From Bacilli bacterium (GTDB lineage: Bacteria > Bacillota_I > Bacilli_A > RF39 > UBA660), in assembly GCA_017484205.1 (NCBI GenBank), contig JAFUTO010000032.1:77027-141026 (forward strand): a DNA stretch of 64,000 bases. Reading direction: 5' to 3'. The notes under the pieces were generated by a model that did no database searches, had not been told where the DNA came from, and saw only the letters and a program-made list of their open reading frames with translations. Position 1 is the stretch's first letter; each line of letters starts with the position of its first letter. A program made the translations under genes and the position numbers. Positions 43,952-53,208 of the stretch are shown here, piece after piece.

Positions 43952-45846
43952 TCTTTCTCCTTTTCATTATCTAAATATATAAATCCTACTACTGTTAATC
44001 CACTACTTTTACTAGCTTTTCTATAAGCGTCAAATGAAGAATAAGTTTTTGTTCTAACTAATTCTTCAGCATGTTCATTTGCATATTCTACTTGACTGCA
44101 TGAATCATCACTACTACACTTATTTCCAACATTTCCTTCACTTATTGTTATAGTTTTACCATCATAAGCTTCAACAAAAGCAACATGTCCAAATTTACGC
44201 CCCATTAAAACAACAACTGAGTTTGCTGATGGTTGTGTTCCTGTTTTGTAACCCATAGCAATAGCAGAAGTTAACCATGTTTGAGCATTACCAGTAGGCA
44301 TCTTTTTACCAGATATTTCTAATGCTCTACCAAATGAGAACCAAGTACATTGACCTTTAAATCCTGAAGTTGCTAATGTGTTTTTTGAGTTATAATTATC
44401 GCTCTTTAGATCTGCTTTTGTTTCATTTTTTCCATATACAGGTGTATGAGTAATAAAATCATTTCCTAATAACTCAGCAAAGTCATCAGATTGATATAAA
44501 AGCTCTAGCATTTCTTTTTGCTCATCTGAAAATGAAGTATCAGATCCATCTGTTACTTTTTTCTTTTTATTAAAATCTGCAACTTTAGAATAATTATTGT
44601 TTAACCATTCTAAATAATCCTCATATACACCATTTGTAATAACTAATACTGGAATAGTATTTGCTTGATTATTTGCAGGAGCAATTTCAGTATTATATTG
44701 TGGTGTTGTAGATGGTGTATTAAAAGTAGGTGGTGATGGTGTAGTCGTTGTTGAACTACTACCTTCTACTTCTTGATAAACAACTTCATGTTTTTCATAT
44801 AGACCAGCTGTCTTGAATGAATTAAGCAAATCTTTTTCATCTGAATCAAAACTTAGTTCTGCTCCTGTTGATTGAATAATAGCAAGTGGTATTCTCCAAT
44901 CTATTTGACCATACTCACCTTTTACTCCGACAACAATACCATTCGGATTCATTCTTTTCCAATCATCAACTTGTTTATTATATTCGGCTTGGACAGATGC
45001 CATATATGATGAATAATCAGTAACTGATTTATCATTTGATGAACCACTACCAAATATAGAGCATATTGCCACAATAACAAGAATTACTAAAGCAACAGGA
45101 ATTATGAATTCTGCTGCTGCTGTAAATACAGATATAAGTAATTTTAAAAATTTAATTAAAACAGATTTAGCAACCTGAATTAATTTTTTACCAAGTGTTT
45201 GATTTAATTTCTTTTGGATTTTTTTAGCACCTTTTTTTGCTACTTTATAACTTGTAGTTTTGACTTTACGACCTATCTTATCATTTATATATTCACTTCC
45301 TGTACCATCACTACTCATAGCTTTATTTAATTCTCTAGAAGTTCTAGTAATAGTTCTTCCTGCTTTTGATACCTTGCTTCCAGTTTTACTAATAACTGTC
45401 ATTGTTTTAGAAACTTTACCTTGATTATCATTAAATTTAAAAGTTTTTTGAGCCACTTTAGATACAGAAGTTTTTAATTTACTGGTTTTAGGAGTAGCTT
45501 CAGATTCACTAACTCCTTCACCTTTTACGGATGACTTAGCTTCCTTATCAATTCCTGAATTAACATTAGTTTTTAATCTACTTGTTGATTCTTCTCCAAC
45601 CTCTTCATTTACCCCTGTATTTGCACTTTCTTGGGCATTTTCAGAGGTTTTTAGTCGTGAGCCAACTTCTTCTTCATTATTTTTGTTTTCTTCTTCCTGA
45701 GCCTTTAATTCACGCTCTTCTCTTATATCAGATAACTTTTTAGCACCTTTATCTATCAAATCAAATGTATTAGATGATGCTGAAGAAGAAACGGTTGATA
45801 ATCTATCAATCGCCTTCTTTGTATCTCTTTCAGCATTATTATTCAT
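43948..45846 (-). CDS. T4SS-associated cell-wall hydrolase (CHAP/NlpC-P60 domain at C-terminus)
   Basis: Disordered Lys/Ser-rich N-region, then a TM, then C-terminal GQCTWFSFGRALE...GHVAFVEAYDGKTITISEGN (CHAP Cys...His). Position next to VirB4 as in Tn916 orf14-like genes. Confidence 0.75.
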   Translation of the reverse strand: MNNNAERDTKKAIDRLSTVSSSASSNTFDLIDKGAKKLSDIREERELKAQEEENKNNEEEVGSRLKTSENAQESANTGVNEEVGEESTSRLKTNVNSGIDKEAKSSVKGEGVSESEATPKTSKLKTSVSKVAQKTFKFNDNQGKVSKTMTVISKTGSKVSKAGRTITRTSRELNKAMSSDGTGSEYINDKIGRKVKTTSYKVAKKGAKKIQKKLNQTLGKKLIQVAKSVLIKFLKLLISVFTAAAEFIIPVALVILVIVAICSIFGSGSSNDKSVTDYSSYMASVQAEYNKQVDDWKRMNPNGIVVGVKGEYGQIDWRIPLAIIQSTGAELSFDSDEKDLLNSFKTAGLYEKHEVVYQEVEGSSSTTTTPSPPTFNTPSTTPQYNTEIAPANNQANTIPVLVITNGVYEDYLEWLNNNYSKVADFNKKKKVTDGSDTSFSDEQKEMLELLYQSDDFAELLGNDFITHTPVYGKNETKADLKSDNYNSKNTLATSGFKGQCTWFSFGRALEISGKKMPTGNAQTWLTSAIAMGYKTGTQPSANSVVVLMGRKFGHVAFVEAYDGKTITISEGNVGNKCSSDDSCSQVEYANEHAEELVRTKTYSSFDAYRKASKSSGLTVVGFIYLDNEKEKE

Positions 45847-45848
45847 AT

Positions 45849-48266
45849 TTACCTCGCTTGAACCATACTATCAGTATTGTTAACCTCATAAATTAAATAA
45901 TCTTTTTGAACTTTATTTGTAAATGGTATTACATCTGAGCCAAATACAACTAACCCCTGTCCTGTTGGTGCATCACCTTGAACATACATTGATTCTTCAT
46001 CACTAATATTAAAAATACTGCATATAGAAGGTAAATCTAATGGCTTTTGTTTTAATATCAATGCAAACTCTGAATTTGATAAAATATCTTTACCTGATTC
46101 TGATCTTAACAAATGGGAAATTTGTTGCGAAATAACTGTATTAAGGGCATTTAGCTTTCTTCCAGTTTTGTAGAAGTTAGCAACATATTGAGCTGAATAT
46201 GGATTTGCAAGTAATATATGGAATTCATCTATAAAAATCCATGTATATTTACCCAATTCCTTATTTTTTGCCAATCTATTTTGAATATGATCAAGTACAA
46301 CTAAATATCCAGTTGTTCGTAAAGTTGCTGATAATTTACTAATATCAAATGATACAAGTCTATTTTGAATATCAATATTAGTCTTTTTAGAAAACAAATC
46401 CATTGAACCTTTTACATATCTTTCAATTATAAGTGCTAAATCCTTTGCTTCTTGTTCTGGTTGTTTTAAAAGCATATTATAAAAGTCTGGTAATGTAGGA
46501 AGTAAGCTTTCATCTTCAAAATTACTTTTCTCATAATCTTCAAAAATAATCTTAGTACATCTATCAATAATAGTTTTTTGACCACCTGTTAAACCATTCG
46601 CTCCTACAACACTTTCTAAAAATGCAATAATATATTCTACTTTGCTTTTTACTGGATCACTCCTACCAGTATCAGAACAACCGTAATTTAAAGATAAATC
46701 AAATGGATTTATATGAGTATCTGAAGTTGTAGATATAAATATCTTTTGCCCACCAAATACTTTTAATAACTCAGAATATTCGTCCTGAGGTTCTATAATA
46801 CACACATCATCTGAAGGATAACGAATTAAAATTTGTTCAATTAATGTTTTTACATTAAATGATTTACCAGCACCAGATGTTGCTAAAACGCATCCATTAC
46901 CATTTATGAGTTGTTTCCTATCACAAAATATTGCATTTTTACTAACTAAATTTACGCCATAAAATAAAGACTTCTCATGATTAAAGTCTTTACTATTGAA
47001 AGGTACATTAACAGCAGTAGCTTCACTTGTTAATGTTCTTTGAAATTGTAATGTATTATGACCTAGTGGAAGAATATTTTGTAGTCCTTCTAATTGTTGC
47101 CATAATAATGGTTTCATTTCTACTAACATTTCAGCTGCTACTTCTTGTACCTTTACAGTCTGGTCTTCTAATTCTTCAAATGAATTTGCAGATATACAAA
47201 CTAAAAAATTATTTTGAAATATCTTTTGATTATTCTTTTGAAGATCATATTGTAATTGTTCTGCATTTGAAATTCTTGTTTCCAACTTCTTATCTTTTAC
47301 CCATTCATAATCTAAATTACTTTTACCAGCTCTTTTGATTTTCTCAAGTCTTTCAGTTTCCATTGCTGATAAACTTTTATCAACTTGTTTTATCATCTTT
47401 GCTGAATTAGTAGGATTGATATTTAATGTAGTTATTAAATTAATCTCTTCTAATGTGGTTAAACGATTATAAAATCTTGGAGTTAAACTTTTAGGAAGTT
47501 TAGATACATATAAAACTCTTAAAAATTTCTTATCATCAATTTCTATAAAATCAGATTCTCTCATAGAAATCTTTTTAGGAGCCATTACATCAAAGATAGA
47601 CATATTATTTTCTTTTGCATAAGTAATAATATTATCTATTCCTCTAGTTTCTAAAGATTCAACATTAAAGAAATTATATAGAAATTTTAATCTTTCTTTT
47701 ATACTAACTAATGTTACTTTAGATTTTAACTCTTTAAACTTCTGCTCTGTCTTTATAAACATATTTAAAAACAGAGCATTTGCTTCAAGGAAGTTCTTTG
47801 CTCTTAATGAAATTACAATAAATCTTTTTGTTTGTAATGTTTCTTCATTTGAACCAAGTGAATTAGTTATTATTGTATTTAATTCATCAGCTATTTGAAG
47901 TTGTTTAGAATCTTCTATATTATCAGTATCAAATATAAACTTTTCTTTATATTTTTCTGTTTTTATAGGAGTTCCTGCATTTATAACTTCAATGTGAGTA
48001 TCTTCTCTGAATGAATGTAAATATTCTAACCACTTGAAGAATATATTTTCTGCTTCTTCATCATTAGCTTTTGCAAATGATACATCAGTATATTCAATAC
48101 AAATTGAATACTCTTCTTCACTTATTCTAAATATATTTGTTTTTTCATCATACTCTTTAAACATATAAGATATTACTTCTTGACTTGTTTTAGGCGTAAA
48201 TACTTTAGGAAGTAGATTACGCTTCTTCTTGTTTTGTTGGCGTATCTTCTTTGGTTTCTGAGCCAT
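45849..48266 (-). CDS. VirB4-like conjugative transfer ATPase
   Basis: 805 aa; Walker A VLATSGAGKS, Walker B-like YTWIFIDEFH. Architecture typical of Firmicutes VirB4/TcpF/PrgJ homologues. Confidence 0.85.
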   Translation of the reverse strand: MAQKPKKIRQQNKKKRNLLPKVFTPKTSQEVISYMFKEYDEKTNIFRISEEEYSICIEYTDVSFAKANDEEAENIFFKWLEYLHSFREDTHIEVINAGTPIKTEKYKEKFIFDTDNIEDSKQLQIADELNTIITNSLGSNEETLQTKRFIVISLRAKNFLEANALFLNMFIKTEQKFKELKSKVTLVSIKERLKFLYNFFNVESLETRGIDNIITYAKENNMSIFDVMAPKKISMRESDFIEIDDKKFLRVLYVSKLPKSLTPRFYNRLTTLEEINLITTLNINPTNSAKMIKQVDKSLSAMETERLEKIKRAGKSNLDYEWVKDKKLETRISNAEQLQYDLQKNNQKIFQNNFLVCISANSFEELEDQTVKVQEVAAEMLVEMKPLLWQQLEGLQNILPLGHNTLQFQRTLTSEATAVNVPFNSKDFNHEKSLFYGVNLVSKNAIFCDRKQLINGNGCVLATSGAGKSFNVKTLIEQILIRYPSDDVCIIEPQDEYSELLKVFGGQKIFISTTSDTHINPFDLSLNYGCSDTGRSDPVKSKVEYIIAFLESVVGANGLTGGQKTIIDRCTKIIFEDYEKSNFEDESLLPTLPDFYNMLLKQPEQEAKDLALIIERYVKGSMDLFSKKTNIDIQNRLVSFDISKLSATLRTTGYLVVLDHIQNRLAKNKELGKYTWIFIDEFHILLANPYSAQYVANFYKTGRKLNALNTVISQQISHLLRSESGKDILSNSEFALILKQKPLDLPSICSIFNISDEESMYVQGDAPTGQGLVVFGSDVIPFTNKVQKDYLIYEVNNTDSMVQAR

Positions 48267-48843
48267 TTATTTCTATTTCCTCCTTCCCTACTACCTGTTT
48301 AGCAAGTTTGAGTAATACTTGAGCCTCTTCTTGACTTAATGAAAAATTGCTTTGTGTATTTTCTAAATTATTAATTCCAAATTTCTTTTTAGCACGAGCA
48401 ATTTCTCTTTGTTTCTTTCTTTCTTTCTGAAGTTCTTTTTGTTTTTGTTTTTCTAATTTTTGAATATTTTTTTGTTCTTTTTTACTTACATAACTAACTA
48501 CTGTCTTTTTCTTTTTTCCATTCTTTTCTTGAAGAAGTTCTTCTTCAGTTTTATAAAGAATAGGTTTTGCAAAATTAATGTAATTTCTTTTCCAGAAAAA
48601 CATTATTCTTTCAGCATTTAGTCCTTGTATTGGAATGAATCCAACAAATCCAATAGGAATTGCAACTAATATAACTAACCATCCTGCAATATTACTTCCA
48701 ATCTTTGGAGATAGTACAAGATATAAAGGTACAGTAGTTATAAGAATAAGAATTCCAAATATCCATTGTCTTAAAGTAAAATTATAAAATTTTTCTTTAT
48801 AATCCTTAATTTCATCATGAATTCTAGGTTCTATTCTATCCAT
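48217..48843 (-). CDS. PrgI/TcpE (VirB3-like) family membrane protein
   Basis: EIKDYKEKFYNFTLRQWIFGILILITTVPLYLVL plus a second TM, then a K/E-rich tail; sits directly upstream of VirB4. Confidence 0.6.
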   Translation of the reverse strand: MDRIEPRIHDEIKDYKEKFYNFTLRQWIFGILILITTVPLYLVLSPKIGSNIAGWLVILVAIPIGFVGFIPIQGLNAERIMFFWKRNYINFAKPILYKTEEELLQEKNGKKKKTVVSYVSKKEQKNIQKLEKQKQKELQKERKKQREIARAKKKFGINNLENTQSNFSLSQEEAQVLLKLAKQVVGKEEIEINGSETKEDTPTKQEEA

Positions 48844-48844
48844 C

Positions 48845-49663
48845 TTATCCTCCTGTCCATTTCTCTGCCATACTGCTTGTCATTGAAATCATAGCCATTA
48901 AGAATCCGTTCAAGAACATAATAGCAATCATAGAGCTAATTGAACTTGCATCAGATAATGTTGATAATGAAAGTGAATAAATAGCTGTTGCTACAACTAT
49001 CATTGATGATTCAATACCTAAAGCAATTGTTGACATAATAAATCTTTTACATACATTTTGACCATCTTCCCAAGTACCAATAGCTATTGGAATTGGTGAA
49101 AATGCAAAACTTAATATTAATTTACCTATTCGTAAGAATACCTGAACAAGTACGCCGATCATTGTTCCCATAAATGGAATATATAAAATTAAAATAATAA
49201 CACCCATGAAACCACGATCAATTAATCCTCCTGCGTTTCGTACCAAATCTCCCATTTGAGTAGATAAATTAGGAATTGTTCCTGTTGAGGATATTGATGC
49301 TGTTACTTTAGTTAAAATATCATTGGTTATAGTCATGATAGATGATAACAATTCAAATGAATTTTCAATTAACATTTTAAAGATAAAAAAGCGAATACAT
49401 GTAAATACGATTCGCTCCCAACTCATTCTTTCATAATCCATTACTTTCTTTGTTATATCTATCAGGAAGAACAGAGTTAACAAACTCAGTCCTATCGGAA
49501 CAATAATAGAATGTATCTTAGTTGCAAGTGTCCATATTGTGGTTTTCGTAATAGTATTCCAATTACAAAGACTACGAATAGTTCCTACAAAATCACTTAT
49601 ATCTATTTTAAATCCCAATATTTTGAAGGATATTTTAAATAGATTTTCAATCAATTTAGCCAT
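48845..49663 (-). CDS. polytopic membrane protein, VirB6/TrbL-like channel component
   Basis: At least 6 predicted TM segments; position between the Maff2-like and PrgI-like genes. Confidence 0.5.
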   Translation of the reverse strand: MAKLIENLFKISFKILGFKIDISDFVGTIRSLCNWNTITKTTIWTLATKIHSIIVPIGLSLLTLFFLIDITKKVMDYERMSWERIVFTCIRFFIFKMLIENSFELLSSIMTITNDILTKVTASISSTGTIPNLSTQMGDLVRNAGGLIDRGFMGVIILILYIPFMGTMIGVLVQVFLRIGKLILSFAFSPIPIAIGTWEDGQNVCKRFIMSTIALGIESSMIVVATAIYSLSLSTLSDASSISSMIAIMFLNGFLMAMISMTSSMAEKWTGG

Positions 49664-49687
49664 TCGTATCCTCCTTTAGATTAAATC

Positions 49688-50008
49688 TTATAGTCCAAAT
49701 AATCCTTTTGATTGACTAATAGCTATTACCATAAATCCTGCCATCATAGTCATTAAACCTCTTGATTTACCTTCTGCATCATCTCTTTGCCATCCAAGAG
49801 CAAACATTACTGCACCAATTAAAGCAACTACTCCACCAATTTTTAATAGCCAATCACATACAAATGTGATAAATCCATCTATACTACTTGTATTACTTCC
49901 AGCAGCATATACGCTGTTTGTACTTAAAATCAAACTACATAATGCTATATTTAAACCACTAACTACTTTTTTGAATGTATTTTTTCCTTTTGATAACAAT
50001 TTTTTCAT
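49688..50008 (-). CDS. Maff2-like small membrane protein (possible VirB2 analogue)
   Basis: Signal/TM followed by two hydrophobic helices (LLKIGGVVALIGAVMFALGW...GLMTMMAGFMVIAISQ). Start moved to MKKLLSKG after AGGAGAG; the track N-terminus MSTIVDK is the palindrome. Confidence 0.5.
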   Translation of the reverse strand: MKKLLSKGKNTFKKVVSGLNIALCSLILSTNSVYAAGSNTSSIDGFITFVCDWLLKIGGVVALIGAVMFALGWQRDDAEGKSRGLMTMMAGFMVIAISQSKGLFGL

Positions 50009-50031
50009 ATTTCTCTCCTTTTCTTTAATTT

Positions 50032-50049
50032 TGTCTACAATAGTAGACA
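50032..50049. promoter_or_regulatory. palindromic operator-like site TGTCTAC-AATA-GTAGACA (copy 2)
   Basis: Same palindrome ~25 nt upstream of the Maff2-like/T4SS gene block. Confidence 0.45.
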
Positions 50050-50068
50050 TTCAAAACAAAAAAATAAA

Positions 50069-52027
50069 CTACATAGTTTCTAATAGTTCATCTGTAAGAC
50101 TTTTAGTAGATAGAATAACATCACTGTCTTCAATATCTTGTTCTTCATCTGCTGTTAATTTTCTAGCTTTAAACTCTGGTTTTACTTTTACAAAGTTTAA
50201 ACCTAAATCATTTAATAACTGCTGTTTTCTTCTGATTTCCTTTGTCTTCCTCCTTTCTATTTCATGCTCATATCTATTTTGAATCGTGTTTTTTTCATCC
50301 CACGCTTCAAACAATTCTGAATATCTAGGATGTTTTGTTAAATCAAACATCTTTGAATAAAAAGGACGAAGCCCTGAAACAAGCAATATACAATATCCTT
50401 TTTCCATCCTAGCAATCTCATCTATAAATGCAAGTTCTCTTCCAACAATATCCCAATTAGTAGAAGATGAACCTTGTTTAGAATAGGTTCTACCAGATGA
50501 TCTCTTATACCAAGTTTTTTTACCTAGCATAGATGACATATAGTCTAATGTTTCTTTACTTCGTGAACCCATGAACAAAATATAATCACAACAATCAAGT
50601 GCTGTTTCCCAATTATCTTTATATACTTTCTTTAACTGAGATAAAGATTGAAGACATGTTGTTAACCCACAGTTAAGTCCACGAATGTATGCCAGATTTT
50701 CTAAGTAGCGTGGGATAACTCCAAGTTGACTCCATTCATCACAATATATTTGACATGGTGAAGCTAGTGAACCATTATTATGACTAGCATTATAATCAAT
50801 AATAGAAAATATTTGTGTATACATAATACTAGCTATAAAATTAAATGTAGAATCATTTGGGCTATTAATAATGAAGTATGCAATTTTTCCTTCATCCCCT
50901 TTAGCACCAATTCTATTTAATTCCATAGTATCATTAACTGTAATACCTTCAAGTTCAGCAATATTAAATGGTGAAAGTCTTGCAGATGCTGTAATTATGA
51001 TTGTACTCATCATTTTTGTAGATGAAGCTGATACTTTAAAGTGTTTCCATTGTTTTATTCCAATATTATCTGGATCTTTTGACTCCCAAGCTTTAAACAT
51101 ATTTCCTAAAGTAGAATTACCTTCTTTGTCTGGCTCAGCAAGTCTAATTAATTCAAGAACTGTTTTAAAGTTTCTATCTTTTTCATCATAATTAAATATT
51201 ACATAATAAATTATTGCTTGTAGAAACATAGATTCACATCTTTCCCAGAAAGGATCACCTGTATTACTTTCAATTGTTTCTGATTTAGTATTTAACATTA
51301 ATGTATTTATTAATGTCATTACATCATCTTCAGCAATCCATTCTTCTCCTGCTGAATCTTCAGTAACATATCTATTTATTTTTTTTATATACATTAAAGG
51401 ATTAAAATGATCTGATTTCCACTTTTCTACAAGATTTAAAACACGAATGTCATATCCTTTATTTATCAACGACATTCCACAATCTCTAAGTAATTCTCCT
51501 TTTGGATCTGTTAAGATAATTGTTTCACCATTAGCATTTAAAATGTTAGGTTTAAAATAATATCTTGATTTACCAGTCCCTGGTCTTCCAAGTAGAATTA
51601 CATTACGATTTCTTTTAGATACTTTCATATTCTTTGAAAACATTTCAGTAGATGTAAATATTTGATTATTTACGAATTCTTTATCACGAAATTCTAAAGT
51701 ATTTTTAGGTTCTTCCCATTCAGAACTACCATGTGTGTTTTCTTGAATATTCTTTTTATTTTGCATCATATATGAATAAATAATCATTGCTGCAAACAAA
51801 CCTACAAATAAAGAAGTAGATATTGTTTTCACATTTAAAATAACTGGTGTTGTAATTACATGAAGTTTATCTAAAGCTTCAGTAAGATATTCAAATTTAA
51901 ATCCACCATTTACTTCAGCAAGACTACTTACTCTAAGTGCATAATAAGAGGCAATCAAAACTATTAAAAAAATAATCCATTTACTGCCTTTGTGAACTCT
52001 TTTAACGAGCAATTTCTGGTTCTTCAT
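50069..52027 (-). CDS. type IV coupling protein (VirD4/TraG/TcpA family)
   Basis: Two N-terminal TMs, Walker A LGRPGTGKS, Walker B-like CQIYCDEWS; 652 aa. Confidence 0.85.
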   Translation of the reverse strand: MKNQKLLVKRVHKGSKWIIFLIVLIASYYALRVSSLAEVNGGFKFEYLTEALDKLHVITTPVILNVKTISTSLFVGLFAAMIIYSYMMQNKKNIQENTHGSSEWEEPKNTLEFRDKEFVNNQIFTSTEMFSKNMKVSKRNRNVILLGRPGTGKSRYYFKPNILNANGETIILTDPKGELLRDCGMSLINKGYDIRVLNLVEKWKSDHFNPLMYIKKINRYVTEDSAGEEWIAEDDVMTLINTLMLNTKSETIESNTGDPFWERCESMFLQAIIYYVIFNYDEKDRNFKTVLELIRLAEPDKEGNSTLGNMFKAWESKDPDNIGIKQWKHFKVSASSTKMMSTIIITASARLSPFNIAELEGITVNDTMELNRIGAKGDEGKIAYFIINSPNDSTFNFIASIMYTQIFSIIDYNASHNNGSLASPCQIYCDEWSQLGVIPRYLENLAYIRGLNCGLTTCLQSLSQLKKVYKDNWETALDCCDYILFMGSRSKETLDYMSSMLGKKTWYKRSSGRTYSKQGSSSTNWDIVGRELAFIDEIARMEKGYCILLVSGLRPFYSKMFDLTKHPRYSELFEAWDEKNTIQNRYEHEIERRKTKEIRRKQQLLNDLGLNFVKVKPEFKARKLTADEEQDIEDSDVILSTKSLTDELLETM

Positions 52028-53207
52028 CCTTGTCTAATACTTTTTCTATTGGATTATTCTTTTCGGCAAATTCATCTGCCTCTTTTACTAAATCTGCCGT
52101 CTTGGATTTTTTTTTACTATTCTCAACCAACTCCTTTGTATCAGTTTCTTTTACAAGAACTGTTGTTTTGCCATCAGGCATGTGTTGAGCAACAAAATCT
52201 TTAGAATCATATTTTTCTTTAAATAATTTATAATCATCAAAATTATTTATTTCCAATTCTATAATATCATTGGAATTGCTTTCTGTTTCAATATCTCTTG
52301 CACCATTTGCACCATATTCTTTTATAGGTCTATCAAGTGGAGCAAAAGTTTTATATTCTTGCAAATCTTCTGAAGGAATAGCAATTATCATTTCATTATC
52401 ATTATATACACATGCACCATGACTTCTTAATTCAAATAGTTGTTCTCTTATTTCACAATATTGTTCCTTTGTTATTCTTTGAGTACAATAATTTGATAAA
52501 TAATCCCTAACTGCACATGAACCAAAATCTTCCCCTACTTTACTTAAATCAGAAACTTTTAAATTCATTCCACGAGGTTGTAATGGTTCATAATCACGCT
52601 CATCAATAACACCATCTTTGTTAATATCAACTAATTCATTTTGGGCATGTTGTTTTACTCTATTAGGTGGTATTTTTTCTAATTGCTCATTTAAAAAAGA
52701 TAATTTGCTTTTATTGAAGATTAAAACATATCTTTCATCCAAATTATCTTGTTCATCTTTAATAGATAAATTTTTATACCTATCAGCCATACTTTTACAT
52801 AAATTATGGATAACAGGAATCTTTTTAAATGTTTTCCTTCTATCATCCCATTTATGATACTTAATTTCATTCTTAGCAAGTTTTTCTTGCTTATGAAGCG
52901 ATTGGTTTCTTCCTTGCTCACCATTCGGATCCATCTTCTTAATTCCCATTAAAACATTATTTTCTCTACATGCTGTTATAATTTGTTTTGCCTCTGCTCT
53001 TGTAAGTGGTGGTGATACATAAAGTTCTTTAGTAGGTCCATCACTTCTGAGAGCTTTCATAGATGAAGAAAAATGTTTATTATAATACCTAGTTGCTCTT
53101 TTCATAAATCTTCCAAATATTCTTGCAAATATTTTTGTTGATTTTTCTGATACAACTACTGTTTTCTCTGCTGTGTGTTCTAAGTCGTGTTTTGCATTTC
53201 CATCCAT
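52002..53207 (-). CDS. hypothetical protein, N-terminal region PcfB/DUF3801-like (tentative)
   Basis: Position immediately upstream of the T4CP, as for PcfB-like genes. LYVSPPLTRAEAKQIITACRENNVLMGIKKMD resembles that family only loosely. Confidence 0.35.
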   Translation of the reverse strand: MDGNAKHDLEHTAEKTVVVSEKSTKIFARIFGRFMKRATRYYNKHFSSSMKALRSDGPTKELYVSPPLTRAEAKQIITACRENNVLMGIKKMDPNGEQGRNQSLHKQEKLAKNEIKYHKWDDRRKTFKKIPVIHNLCKSMADRYKNLSIKDEQDNLDERYVLIFNKSKLSFLNEQLEKIPPNRVKQHAQNELVDINKDGVIDERDYEPLQPRGMNLKVSDLSKVGEDFGSCAVRDYLSNYCTQRITKEQYCEIREQLFELRSHGACVYNDNEMIIAIPSEDLQEYKTFAPLDRPIKEYGANGARDIETESNSNDIIELEINNFDDYKLFKEKYDSKDFVAQHMPDGKTTVLVKETDTKELVENSKKKSKTADLVKEADEFAEKNNPIEKVLDKDEEPEIAR

Positions 53208-53208
53208 A

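Noticed and set aside
41804-50050. Shared N-terminus MSTIVDK of track ORFs 41804..42229 and 49688..50050 as a conserved protein motif.
   Set aside because: It is the translation of the palindrome TGTCTACTATTGTAGACA, which happens to contain an ATG. Both genes have better SD-ATG starts 14-16 codons downstream.
1487-52924. Numerous 60-140-aa ORFs in the track that lie antisense to, or in alternative frames of, well-supported genes. Examples: 1487..1675, 2063..2275, 7282..7476, 7694..7915, 10815..11054, 14020..14262, 14199..14588, 14356..14637, 21494..21676, 24580..25005, 25137..25340, 25840..26049, 26340..26573, 26659..27066, 27540..27809, 27905..28144, 32664..32879, 35874..36122, 36455..36670, 39806..40009, 47027..47338, 49866..50282, 50871..51191, 51992..52204, 52618..52857, 52721..52924, 53123..53305, 53807..54001, 61481..61678, 62240..62590, 62609..62794.
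   Set aside because: They overlap genes with clear family signatures, have no SD/start context, and show low-complexity F/L/I/S-rich translations. This is typical of the antisense of AT-rich coding DNA, where stop codons are depleted on the opposite strand of A-rich genes.
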